From an uncultured bacterium (GTDB lineage: Bacteria; Omnitrophota; Omnitrophia; Omnitrophales; Aquincolibacteriaceae): DNA of 64,000 nt. How positions within the stretch are numbered: position 1 is the first letter of the stretch; each line of letters starts with the position of its first letter. Position numbers and translations under genes: made by a program. This document shows, in pieces, positions 39,161 through 47,400 of the stretch. The stretch spans positions 16,865-80,864 of the forward strand of contig CAYLPP010000012.1 in assembly GCA_964385615.1 (NCBI GenBank). The letters run 5' to 3'. The notes under the pieces are model-generated. The model saw nothing but the letters and a program-made list of their open reading frames with translations. It was not told the DNA's origin and ran no database searches.

Positions 39161-39409
39161 TTACCCGCCGGGGCCTTTGTAGGTGAAAATATCTTCGAGG
39201 GTGAATTTTTTTTCGAGGGAGCAGTCATTAAGCGCGCGCAAAACCCTGAGTTGAGTCCGGGCCTTGATCCGGCGCCCTTTGCGGGCTTTAAGAACCATGC
39301 GGAAAGTCAAATTGTCCGTCGATTTGTCCACAAGATCGGCGTCTGAAAGCATCAACTCTTTCATAATTTTATCCAGCGGTTGAACGCCTTCATCCATTTC
39401 AGGATTCAT
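39161..39409 (-). CDS. conserved hypothetical small protein, paralog A (82 aa)
   Basis: MNPEMDEGVQPLDKIMKELMLSDADLVDKSTDNLTFRMVLKARKGRRIKARTQLRVLRALNDC... It is about 85% identical in protein to ORF 42781-43023. The start overlaps the O-methyltransferase stop (ATGA). Confidence 0.6.
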   Translation of the reverse strand: MNPEMDEGVQPLDKIMKELMLSDADLVDKSTDNLTFRMVLKARKGRRIKARTQLRVLRALNDCSLEKKFTLEDIFTYKGPGG

Positions 39410-40041
39410 TTTTTAACCGCCAGCGTGATCCCATCACGAACCGTCAGCATCACGGTTTCAACCCGCTTGTCGCGCGCTACGCGGCGGTTGAAAGCTGCGA
39501 TATGCCGGTCGCTTTCTTCTTTGGGGTTTAAAACCCGTCCGCTCCAAAGCACATTGTCAGCGAGCAGAAAACCGCCACGCTTCACCCGAGGCACGCAAAG
39601 CTCCCAATATTGAATATAATTATTTTTATCCGCGTCAATGAAGACCATGTCAAAAGCGCCTTTGAGTTTCTTGATAGTTTCAACAGCCGGGCCCAATTTA
39701 AGTTCGATTTTTTTACCGTGCGGGCTTTTTTTCCAGTGCTCTTTGGCAATCCGCGTATTTTTGGGATCAATATCGCAGGTAATGAGTTTGCCGCCGGCCG
39801 GAAGCCCCTCCGCCATCGCAAGCGCGCTGTAGCCGGTAAAGGTGCCAATCTCAAGAATGCGTTTAGCCTTTGAGACCTTAACCATCAACCGCAGGAAATG
39901 GCCTTCCAGATGGCCGACCTGCATTTGAGGCATAGCGGTTTTAGCGTAAGTCGCCTTCGCCAGCGCCTTAAACAGCGCGGTTTCAGCCGTGCTGTGCTTT
40001 CCCGCGTATGCTTCCAGCTTTTGATCCACTATATGGGTCAT
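39406..40041 (-). CDS. class I SAM-dependent O-methyltransferase (caffeoyl-CoA OMT/YrrM family)
   Basis: ILEIGTFTGYSALAMAEGLPAGGKLITCDID ... MVFIDADKNNY ... GGFLLADNVLW motifs. Confidence 0.85.
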   Translation of the reverse strand: MTHIVDQKLEAYAGKHSTAETALFKALAKATYAKTAMPQMQVGHLEGHFLRLMVKVSKAKRILEIGTFTGYSALAMAEGLPAGGKLITCDIDPKNTRIAKEHWKKSPHGKKIELKLGPAVETIKKLKGAFDMVFIDADKNNYIQYWELCVPRVKRGGFLLADNVLWSGRVLNPKEESDRHIAAFNRRVARDKRVETVMLTVRDGITLAVKK

Positions 40042-40121
40042 GGGAAAGGTATTGTACCACCGCGGGCGCTTAATTTCCTTTTTGCGATTCAGAACAAGTT
40101 ATCGTATGATAAAACCCAATT

Positions 40122-40925
40122 ATGGAAACCGTTCAACAGCTTCGCGATATTTGCCAGCCCCGGCACAAAAAAGACGGGGTCTTTCATTTCAGTTTACCCC
40201 GTTTATTCAGCATTTATTTGACCCGCTCCCTGCTTGAGAAAAACATTCCCTGCAAACTCATCACCGCCGCTTTATCAGCAACCATGCTGATCGCCTGCCT
40301 CTTTTTGCTTTCAGGCTCCTTACCCCTCATCCTGATCGCCGGGCTTCTGAGCGCGGGCTGGTCTGTTCTTTACTGCTCAGCGGAAGAAATCAGACTTTAT
40401 AAAAAATCCGGCCTTACTTCAATTTACGCCGAAACCATTTTTCAATATTCCATGCAATTGCTCGCGCCTCTTTGCCTGTCTGTCGGCATTTTAAATTTAA
40501 CGGGAAGCAACCTCTGGGTGGTCATAGGCATCGGCACAGCTCTGGCGGAAATTCTATTACTCGTCATGCACCACGCGCAGGAAAGCGCGCTGTTGAGAAA
40601 AATCAATCATCAGAGAAATGACTACGCTTTACGCAATACCGCGGAAACAGGCGGAAAGAAAGAACCCGAAAGCCCTTCGCTCACGCATAAAATCATAACC
40701 GCCGTGAGTCAGAACGTGCAGTATCCAGCCGTTGGAAGCTGGTTTTTTATTTTTAGTCTTTTGGCTTTCTTTTCGGGAACGGCCGGCGCTCTTAAAATCT
40801 TCTTACTTCTGACAGGCTCTCTCTCAGGCGCTGTGGCTTTTTACACCATTGCCCGCAAAATCAAAAACAGCGACCCCGACAAGCAATTCTCACAGCTTTT
40901 CACATCCAAAAATACCGGCGCCTAA
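40122..40925 (+). CDS. hypothetical membrane protein
   Basis: 267 aa with multiple TM segments. No recognisable domain. Confidence 0.5.
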   Translation: METVQQLRDICQPRHKKDGVFHFSLPRLFSIYLTRSLLEKNIPCKLITAALSATMLIACLFLLSGSLPLILIAGLLSAGWSVLYCSAEEIRLYKKSGLTSIYAETIFQYSMQLLAPLCLSVGILNLTGSNLWVVIGIGTALAEILLLVMHHAQESALLRKINHQRNDYALRNTAETGGKKEPESPSLTHKIITAVSQNVQYPAVGSWFFIFSLLAFFSGTAGALKIFLLLTGSLSGAVAFYTIARKIKNSDPDKQFSQLFTSKNTGA

Positions 40926-41425
40926 TTAGGTTTGAGTTTTTCCTGATACCGGATGTCACCGGCAGGTGAAAAAATAAGAGCTTCGGCAGGAGCGTGAAAC
41001 AACGCCGCCATCTTGACCGGATGGGGCGCAATCTTTTTCAGCTGAGCCAGGATCACTTCATCGGGAGGAGGGTGGTTAAATTCAAAAATCATAGCCACAG
41101 ACAGGATCTTGTCGATGCGGTGAAGAATATACCACTTGCCGGTCGTCTCCCCGTTCAGCGCCGGATCGTAACTTCTTTCGTTATAAAGGCACTGGGTGGT
41201 GAAGCCATCCTTTTCCATCAGCTTCCCCCCATCCTTGCACCAGATTTCCTTCTCATACCGCCGGACAATCGTGAGGTTCATCGTAGTCGCTTGGCTGGGA
41301 AACGTTTGCTTCGAGACCAGATAGTAGAAATCCGTGACAGGCTTGGGGTGACAACCGCTGAGCAGAGGCATACAGAGGGTAATGATTAAAAGAGCCGGGG
41401 CCGGCCATTTCCCTGTTTTCGACAT
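40922..41425 (-). CDS. hypothetical lipoprotein
   Basis: N-terminus ...LLIITLCMPLLSGC has a lipobox (LSGC). Confidence 0.5.
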   Translation of the reverse strand: MSKTGKWPAPALLIITLCMPLLSGCHPKPVTDFYYLVSKQTFPSQATTMNLTIVRRYEKEIWCKDGGKLMEKDGFTTQCLYNERSYDPALNGETTGKWYILHRIDKILSVAMIFEFNHPPPDEVILAQLKKIAPHPVKMAALFHAPAEALIFSPAGDIRYQEKLKPN

Positions 41426-41447
41426 GGCGGCTATTGTATCACTAATT

Positions 41448-41711
41448 TTAGCCAGCCAGGCGGTCAGTATGCTCAGCGATCCAAAGTTTGATCAATGAAG
41501 TGCGCGGCACTCCAATGCGATCCGCTTCCCTATCCACTTTTTTGAGAATCTCACCCGGAATATCAATATTGATTCTTTGAACCGGGTAAACAACGCGAGC
41601 CGACTTCAAATCAAGATGCTCGGTAATATCTTCCTTGCCTTCGTCGAATTTCTTGTCAAATTCCTCAGCTGAAATTTTATTTTTCTTTTTCATTTTTAAA
41701 ACTCTCCTCAA
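41448..41711 (-). CDS. brnA: BrnA antitoxin (RHH/CopG-like)
   Basis: SAEEFDKKFDEGKEDITEHLDL...VDREADRIGVPRTSLIKLWIAEH matches the BrnA pattern. It overlaps upstream brnT. Confidence 0.7.
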   Translation of the reverse strand: MRRVLKMKKKNKISAEEFDKKFDEGKEDITEHLDLKSARVVYPVQRINIDIPGEILKKVDREADRIGVPRTSLIKLWIAEHTDRLAG

Positions 41712-41958
41712 AAATTTTTATCTCTTTTTCCCAGCTTCTCCTGACAGAAATAATGCGGGCCGCCTCTTTCCGCCAGGTAAAAACGCACGAGTAATACTTC
41801 CCCTGCCAAATGCCAATAAAGAGAAATCGCTCTTCATTTTCCGATCTGGCTGAAACCATCACGCCTGGAAGCATCCACATTTCCTGCGCTTCTTCAAAAG
41901 AGATGCCATGCTTCACTTTATTTGCTTCAGACTTAGCAATATCATACTCAAATTCCAT
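41677..41958 (-). CDS. brnT: BrnT ribonuclease toxin
   Basis: MEFEYDIAKSEANKVKHGISFEEAQ ... RIISVRRSWEKE is characteristic of the BrnT family. Confidence 0.75.
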   Translation of the reverse strand: MEFEYDIAKSEANKVKHGISFEEAQEMWMLPGVMVSARSENEERFLFIGIWQGKYYSCVFTWRKEAARIISVRRSWEKEIKIFEESFKNEKEK

Positions 41959-42085
41959 ATTAATTATATACCTTTTTTATACAAAAATTGATATTTGAGG
42001 GCTAATTTGACGTAACTGCTTTTAAGGGAATATCTTAGGAGGGATTAACTAAAAGGGAACCGCCCGCAGACGGTGTTTTTGAACT

Positions 42086-42102
42086 GGTCGCAAATTGCGA
42101 CC
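42086..42102. repeat. fourth copy of the same palindrome family, 3 bp downstream of the ORF6N stop
   Basis: GGTCGCAAATTGCGACC is a perfect 17-bp palindrome with the same core as the intragenic copies. Confidence 0.7.
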
Positions 42103-42104
42103 GC

Positions 42105-42698
42105 CTAATGAAACCCGATTTTCCGGCGGGAAGGTTCTGAGGGTCTCATCAGCTGGCGAATCGCGGTGAAGATGGCTCTGATTTCTTCATCATGCCTTTC
42201 GGTCTTGCGCTCCAGCTGGTCCAGCTTGGCCGAAAGCTCTTTATGGGCTGATAAAATCTGCCTCAACTTCACAAACGCTCTCATAATCGCGACATTAACA
42301 TCAATAGCCCGGTCGCTCTTCAAAACCCCCGAGAGCATGGCAACCCCCTGCTCTGTAAAGACATAGGGTAAATACTTACTGTGCCGCCCTCTTCCTTCTC
42401 TGTCTAAGGTCACATTTTGTGACCTTAGACGTTCCATTTCAAAGGTCGCATTTTGCGACCTTAAAGAGCCCAGACTTGAGGTTGCAAATTGCAACCTCAA
42501 GTTATCCAGTTCTTCTTTGGTTAGTTGAAACATAAAATCTTCGGGGAAGCGCTTGGGGTTGCGTTTTACCTGCTGGTTTAGCTGTTTGGTGGTAACTCCA
42601 TAAAGATGCGCCAGGTCAGAATCGAGCATGACCCGGTGACCACGGATAATGAAAATGCGCCCTGCGATTTGTTCGTGAGTTAATGTTTTGGAAGCCAT
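42105..42698 (-). CDS. ORF6N (KilA-N-like) domain protein with C-terminal coiled coil, carrying an in-frame repeat insertion
   Basis: IRGHRVMLDSDLAHLYGVTTKQLNQQVKRNPKRFPEDFMFQLTKEE ... KYLPYVFTEQGVAMLSGVLKSDRAIDVNVAIMRAF is the ORF6N signature. The insertion encodes LRLQFATSSLGS-LRSQNATFEMER-LRSQNVTLDREG (3 x 12 aa). Confidence 0.8.
   Translation of the reverse strand: MASKTLTHEQIAGRIFIIRGHRVMLDSDLAHLYGVTTKQLNQQVKRNPKRFPEDFMFQLTKEELDNLRLQFATSSLGSLRSQNATFEMERLRSQNVTLDREGRGRHSKYLPYVFTEQGVAMLSGVLKSDRAIDVNVAIMRAFVKLRQILSAHKELSAKLDQLERKTERHDEEIRAIFTAIRQLMRPSEPSRRKIGFH
42404..42501. repeat. three tandem 36-bp units, each containing a 21-27 bp perfect palindrome, inside the ORF6N coding frame
   Basis: Palindromes: CTAAGGTCACA-TTT-TGTGACCTTAG (42404-42428), AAGGTCGCA-TTT-TGCGACCTT (42442-42462), CTTGAGGTTGCAA-A-TTGCAACCTCAAG (42475-42501). 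Centres are spaced exactly 36 bp apart. Confidence 0.8.
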
Positions 42699-42780
42699 GC
42701 TTCCAAAATACAGAATTTCAGGAGAGGATCAATGAAGACTTGAAGAAATTAAACAGAAAGTGCCGTTTCCGCACACTGGG

Positions 42781-43023
42781 TCACGGACCCAAATAAGTGA
42801 AGATATCTTCGTGAGTGAATTTCTTCTCAGGCGAGCAGTCATTGAGCGCCCGCAAAACCCGCAGTTGAGTGCGCGCCTTGATCCGGCGCCCTTTGCGGGC
42901 CTTTAAAACCATACGGAAAGTCAGATTATCCGTCGATTTATCCACCAAATCCGTATCAGAAAGCATCAGCGCCTTCATGACCTTGTCCAGCGGCTGAACC
43001 CCCTCATCCATTTGCGGATTCAT
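42781..43023 (-). CDS. conserved hypothetical small protein, paralog B (80 aa)
   Basis: MNPQMDEGVQPLDKVMKALMLSDTDLVDKSTDNLTFRMVLKARKGRRIKARTQLRVLRALNDC... It is about 80-85% identical in DNA to 39161-39409. Confidence 0.6.
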   Translation of the reverse strand: MNPQMDEGVQPLDKVMKALMLSDTDLVDKSTDNLTFRMVLKARKGRRIKARTQLRVLRALNDCSPEKKFTHEDIFTYLGP

Positions 43024-43074
43024 TCATTATCCCTGCAACCCGGCACCGAGAGTACCGGCACCCAATTCAATTAC

Positions 43075-43623
43075 CTAATCCTTAAACTCTTTAAAAAATT
43101 GATCTAAGTAAGTCAAGGTCTCTTTCACGCGTGCTTTATTACCTCTTTCAAATGCCTGAGGCAATGGACGCAAAATGTATCTTTCGTATTTTCCTGCCAA
43201 ACTTGGAAATATCTCTAAAATAGTCTCTTTTATTGTTAATTTTCGCTGTTTCGCATACGTCTTAATTTTATCCACATATGGCTGAGGCAAAGAAACCTGT
43301 CTTGTTTTAGGGTTTTTTAACTGCCCAGTAAAATCAGGCGATCTCTTATGCCAAATTTCAGCGTAGTCTATTTCCCTTTTATCGTAATCAATTTTCAAAT
43401 CTTTGTAATTCATTCGCCCCGTAACGACTCTATTCCGCATTGATTCAGAATGACGACGGGTAGAAAAATTTTTTTTGATAAAAAAATGAACGGTTTGTCG
43501 GCTAATTGGCTTTTTATACTTATTTTCTATCTGTTCTGCGATTTCTTTGGCAGACATTCTTTCATTTATGTACCAATTCTCAATTTCCGCTAAAGGCACA
43601 AGATTTCCTAGGATTTTTCGCAT
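43075..43623 (-). CDS. hypothetical protein with N-terminal HTH-like segment, in low-GC island
   Basis: 182 aa. MSAKEIAEQIENKYKKPISRQTVHFFIKK resembles a helix-turn-helix. Local GC is about 36% against about 51% for the flanks. Confidence 0.5.
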   Translation of the reverse strand: MRKILGNLVPLAEIENWYINERMSAKEIAEQIENKYKKPISRQTVHFFIKKNFSTRRHSESMRNRVVTGRMNYKDLKIDYDKREIDYAEIWHKRSPDFTGQLKNPKTRQVSLPQPYVDKIKTYAKQRKLTIKETILEIFPSLAGKYERYILRPLPQAFERGNKARVKETLTYLDQFFKEFKD

Positions 43624-43675
43624 AGACTTCCCGATTTGAACGCAACGCTGAATGTGTTATGGCCAGTCTTAGAAT

Positions 43676-44470
43676 TCATTTTTTCTGACTCACAAACTCC
43701 CAGATATTAAAGCCTTCCCTACTTAAACCTGTTGGTTTTGACAGATCTTTTTTACTCAACCTTTGAATAAATTCGATCATTTCGCTTTTCGATTCACCCC
43801 TCTTAGATTTGCTGGTGCCCTTTTTATTCCAAACAAATGAGATTGCACCAACCAACAAATCTACCAACTGCAGGAGGTTATGGTCTTTAGCTTTCCCTTC
43901 GGAGATAGAACAATGTTCTAAATAACTTTCAACTCCATTCGTTTTTCTCATAAAGCGCCAGTTTGTGGTTTGCTCTAAAATCTCAACACCTCGATTGAAG
44001 TCAGAGGAGTACCTATCAATTATTATTTCAAAAAAATGATCCCCCTTATTTTTCATCAATCCATCACATAAGAAAGTACAATAAAATTTAACATACCCAG
44101 TCAAAGCATCGCCCCCCATGTAAACCTTGTGATTTAAAGGGTACTTAACCGTATCGACAACTAAACAACGAAAACGAATTCGACCGATATTTTCCAAAAA
44201 AAGCCGAAGGAATTCTTTATAACCTTCTCGATACCGTCCTTCCGTAGGAATTTTCTCCCACTTCAGCTCGTGCATTAAGCGGTATTTGGTTTTGATATCT
44301 GCTAGTTTTTTTTCGATCTTCTGGATTATTAAATCTGATTCATCAGGTTTTGTTGGGATGAAATATACAGCCCCCAGCACAAAGTATCTATGCCCTGATT
44401 GAGATGATTCATCGCAAAAGGCGATGATTTTCTTATCAGCGTGAATTTTGTCAGGTAAATTCAGATTCAT
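43676..44470 (-). CDS. DUF3800 family protein
   Basis: 264 aa. The two diagnostic DUF3800 motifs are present: N-terminal D-E-S (IIAFCDESSQSG) and C-terminal Q-x-x-D (NLLQLVDLLVGAI). Low GC. Confidence 0.65.
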   Translation of the reverse strand: MNLNLPDKIHADKKIIAFCDESSQSGHRYFVLGAVYFIPTKPDESDLIIQKIEKKLADIKTKYRLMHELKWEKIPTEGRYREGYKEFLRLFLENIGRIRFRCLVVDTVKYPLNHKVYMGGDALTGYVKFYCTFLCDGLMKNKGDHFFEIIIDRYSSDFNRGVEILEQTTNWRFMRKTNGVESYLEHCSISEGKAKDHNLLQLVDLLVGAISFVWNKKGTSKSKRGESKSEMIEFIQRLSKKDLSKPTGLSREGFNIWEFVSQKK

Positions 44471-44565
44471 TGGTGTTTTAGCGAAATTCCAATCCGTCTA
44501 AAGCCAGTTAGATCATTTTCTAATATATCCTAATGACAAAGGGAAAGTTTCCAGATTACTAGAAA

Positions 44566-45774
44566 TTAAAGTTTGCTAAACCAGGCGGTGAGGCGCTTGG
44601 AGGCTTCGGCGAGCTGGGCGTCGGAGGTGGCGAAGCTGAGGCGGATGTGCTTGTCGGAGCCAAAGGGCTTGCCGGGCACCACGGCCACAAGGGCTTCGGC
44701 CAGGAGGCGGTCGGAGAGGGTCACGGAGTCGATTTTGGAGTCGGCGCAGTTGACCCAGAGGTAGAAGGCGCCCTGAGCCTTGAAGGGCTTCAGGTGCGGG
44801 ACTTTGGAGATTTGTTCATAGAAGCTGGTGCGGCGCTTTTCGAAAACCTGGCGCAGTTTCTCGGCTTCTTCGTCCCCTTTTTCGAGGGCCACAACACCGC
44901 CGGCCTGCGAAAAAGAAGTGGGGTTGGAAGTCGAGTGGCTTTGAATGCTTCCCGCGGCGTCGGCGATTTCCTTGTTGGGGAAAGCGGCGTAACCCAGGCG
45001 CCAACCGGTCATGGCGTAGGCTTTGCTCATGCCGTTGATCACAATGGTGCGCTGGGCAATTTCAGGGTCGAGTGAAGCGATACAAACGTGTTTGCGGTTG
45101 TCGTAAATCAGCTTTTCGTAAATTTCGTCGCTGATCACCACGACTTTCGGGAAATCCTTGAGCACCTGCACCAGGGCCTGCATTTCTTCTTTGGAGTAAA
45201 CCGCGCCCGTGGGGTTTGAAGGTGAATTCAGGATCAAAACTTTGGTTTTATCGCTCAGGCCTTTGCGGAGAATTTCGGGCGTGAGTTTGAAGTCAGTCGT
45301 TTCGTCGGTATAAAGAAAAACGGATTTACCGCCCAGCACCGTGACCATTTCGGGGTAACTGAGCCAGAAAGGCGCGGGAATCGCGACTTCATCGCCTTCG
45401 TTTAAAAGGGCGAAGAGCACATTGAAAATAGAGTGTTTGGCGCCGGTTGAAACGATGATCTGGTTCGCGGGGTAAGTCAGGCCCTGATCTTTCAGGAGCT
45501 TGGCCGCGATGGCTTTGCGAAGGTCGATGGTGCCGACTGCGGGTGTGTATTTAGTTTGGCCTTTTTGAAGCGCGGTAATCGCGGCTTCTTTGATGAAGGA
45601 GGGTGTATCGAAGTCAGGCTCACCGGCGGACAGGGAAACAACGTCTTTGCCCTGCGCCTTCAGTTCAGCCGCCCTGGCCGCGATGGCCAGGGTGACTGAA
45701 GGAGCTACTGAAAGAACTCTGCGGGAGAGTTCGATTTTACTGTTCGTCCCCTTTAAAGAACTTGCGGAGGCCAC
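44566..45774 (-). CDS. pyridoxal phosphate-dependent aminotransferase (aspartate aminotransferase family)
   Basis: SLSAGEPDFDTP, the NSPSNPTG motif and the SKAYAMTGWRLGY lysine motif. The 5' end overlaps the rplQ 3' end by about 38 bp. Confidence 0.9.
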   Translation of the reverse strand: MASASSLKGTNSKIELSRRVLSVAPSVTLAIAARAAELKAQGKDVVSLSAGEPDFDTPSFIKEAAITALQKGQTKYTPAVGTIDLRKAIAAKLLKDQGLTYPANQIIVSTGAKHSIFNVLFALLNEGDEVAIPAPFWLSYPEMVTVLGGKSVFLYTDETTDFKLTPEILRKGLSDKTKVLILNSPSNPTGAVYSKEEMQALVQVLKDFPKVVVISDEIYEKLIYDNRKHVCIASLDPEIAQRTIVINGMSKAYAMTGWRLGYAAFPNKEIADAAGSIQSHSTSNPTSFSQAGGVVALEKGDEEAEKLRQVFEKRRTSFYEQISKVPHLKPFKAQGAFYLWVNCADSKIDSVTLSDRLLAEALVAVVPGKPFGSDKHIRLSFATSDAQLAEASKRLTAWFSKL

Positions 45775-46318
45775 TTAAAAAGCCGCCTTTCTTGTCAGAC
45801 TCTTTCTTCTCTTCAGAAGAAGCCGTCTTTTTGTCTTCTTTACGGGATTCGGATTTGGTTTCTTCCTTCGCCTTTTTCTTCGGCTCAGGAGCAACTTCTT
45901 TCACGCTTTCAGCGGGCTTTTTGGCCTTTTCCTTCTTGGCTTTCTTCTTTTCAGGCGATTCAATCACCGCCGTGAACTCAAGAAGGGCCATATCGGCCGC
46001 GTCACCCACACGGTTGCCCATGCGAAGCACGCGAGTATAACCGCCCTTGCGCTCTTTAAAGTGCGGGGCGATCTGCGTGATCAGCTGGTGCGCGGTCTGG
46101 GAGTTGCCGAGTTTGGAAATAAGCAGACGGCGCGAATGAAGACTGCCTTCTTTCGCAATCTGAACCATGCGATCCGCGAAAGCGCTGGCTTCCTTAGCCT
46201 TGGCGAAGGTGGTCTGGATCTGCTTGTGAATCACAAGATTGCGGACCAGGTTCCTCAACAGGGCCTTGCGGTGATTGCTCTTAACTCCAAGTTTTCTACG
46301 TAGTCTTCTGTGGCGCAT
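45737..46318 (-). CDS. rplQ: 50S ribosomal protein L17 with Lys-rich C-terminal extension
   Basis: MRHRRLRRKLGVKSNHRKALLRNL ... GGYTRVLRMGNRVGDAA, then an approximately 70-aa K/E/A-rich tail. Confidence 0.9.
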   Translation of the reverse strand: MRHRRLRRKLGVKSNHRKALLRNLVRNLVIHKQIQTTFAKAKEASAFADRMVQIAKEGSLHSRRLLISKLGNSQTAHQLITQIAPHFKERKGGYTRVLRMGNRVGDAADMALLEFTAVIESPEKKKAKKEKAKKPAESVKEVAPEPKKKAKEETKSESRKEDKKTASSEEKKESDKKGGFLSGLRKFFKGDEQ

Positions 46319-46330
46319 TGTTTTCTACCT

Positions 46331-47335
46331 TTAAGCTCCGGCCTGGGCGGGAGCGGACTTTTTCCCCTTCAAACGTTCCTCGATGTTCATGCCCAGCGTC
46401 AGGTTCATCTGGACTAAAATCGCGGAAATTTCAGAGAGAGATTTTTTTCCAAAATTCTTATATTTCAGCATCTGGGCTTCGGTCTTCTGAATCAGGTCGC
46501 CGATGGTCTTGATATTGGCGGCTTCCAGGCAGTTCGCACTGCGGACAGAAAGTTCCAGTTCGCTGATGGGCTTGTTGATCATTTCCTTAAAGCCCTGGTC
46601 TTCTTCCTCTTCCTCTTCTTCTTCAATCGGAATTTCACCGTAGTTGACGAAGATATCCATGTGCCGCTGGGCGATGTTAGAAGCATAAAGCAGAGCTTCT
46701 TCAGGAGTCACCGCGCCGTTGGTCCAGATTTCGAGGATCAGGCGGTCATAGTCAGTGATCTGACCGACACGGGTGTCTTCCACAAGGAAATTCACCTTGG
46801 TGATCGGAGAGAAAATCGAGTCCACCGGGATCATGCCGATCGGAGCGCCTTCCTGCTTGTTGCGCTCAGCGGGCAAATAACCGCGGCCGCGGCCGACTTC
46901 CATCTCAATGCGGACCGGCACATCCTTGGTCAGGGTGCAGATGACAAGGTCAGGGTTGATGACTTCAACCGTTTCATCAGCCTGAATGTCCTTGGCGGTA
47001 AGCGGGCCCTTTTTCTTGGACTCAGCCACAATCTTCTTGGGGCCTTTGCCGTGATATTTGAGCACCAGCTTCTTGATGTTCAGAACGATCTGGGCGCCGT
47101 CTTCCATAACGCCTTCCATCGAAGAGAATTCGTGCTGCATACCTTCAACCTTGATGCTGGTGATAGCAGCGCCTTCGATCGAGGAAATCAAAACGCGGCG
47201 AAGCGCGTTGCCGATCGTGGTGCCGTAACCGCGTTCAAACGGCTCAGCCGTGAACTTGCCGTAAGTCGGGGTTAAAGTGGCTTTATCAACTTCAAGCCGC
47301 TTCGGCATTTCAAAAGTTTTCCAACGAATTCCCAT
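46331..47335 (-). CDS. rpoA: DNA-directed RNA polymerase subunit alpha
   Basis: 334 aa with N-terminal dimerisation domain and C-terminal domain (ELSVRSANCLEAANIKTIGDL). Confidence 0.95.
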   Translation of the reverse strand: MGIRWKTFEMPKRLEVDKATLTPTYGKFTAEPFERGYGTTIGNALRRVLISSIEGAAITSIKVEGMQHEFSSMEGVMEDGAQIVLNIKKLVLKYHGKGPKKIVAESKKKGPLTAKDIQADETVEVINPDLVICTLTKDVPVRIEMEVGRGRGYLPAERNKQEGAPIGMIPVDSIFSPITKVNFLVEDTRVGQITDYDRLILEIWTNGAVTPEEALLYASNIAQRHMDIFVNYGEIPIEEEEEEEEDQGFKEMINKPISELELSVRSANCLEAANIKTIGDLIQKTEAQMLKYKNFGKKSLSEISAILVQMNLTLGMNIEERLKGKKSAPAQAGA

Positions 47336-47400
47336 TTTAATCCTCCTGTGGATTATTCAAAACTGATTATTTCCCCCCTTGCGGGGACAACTCAACTTTG

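Noticed and set aside
42404-42501. Tandem palindromic repeats considered as a mini CRISPR array
   Set aside because: There are only three units. Spacers are 12-13 bp. The repeats differ from each other, and the whole block is in frame within an ORF6N coding sequence. No cas genes are nearby.
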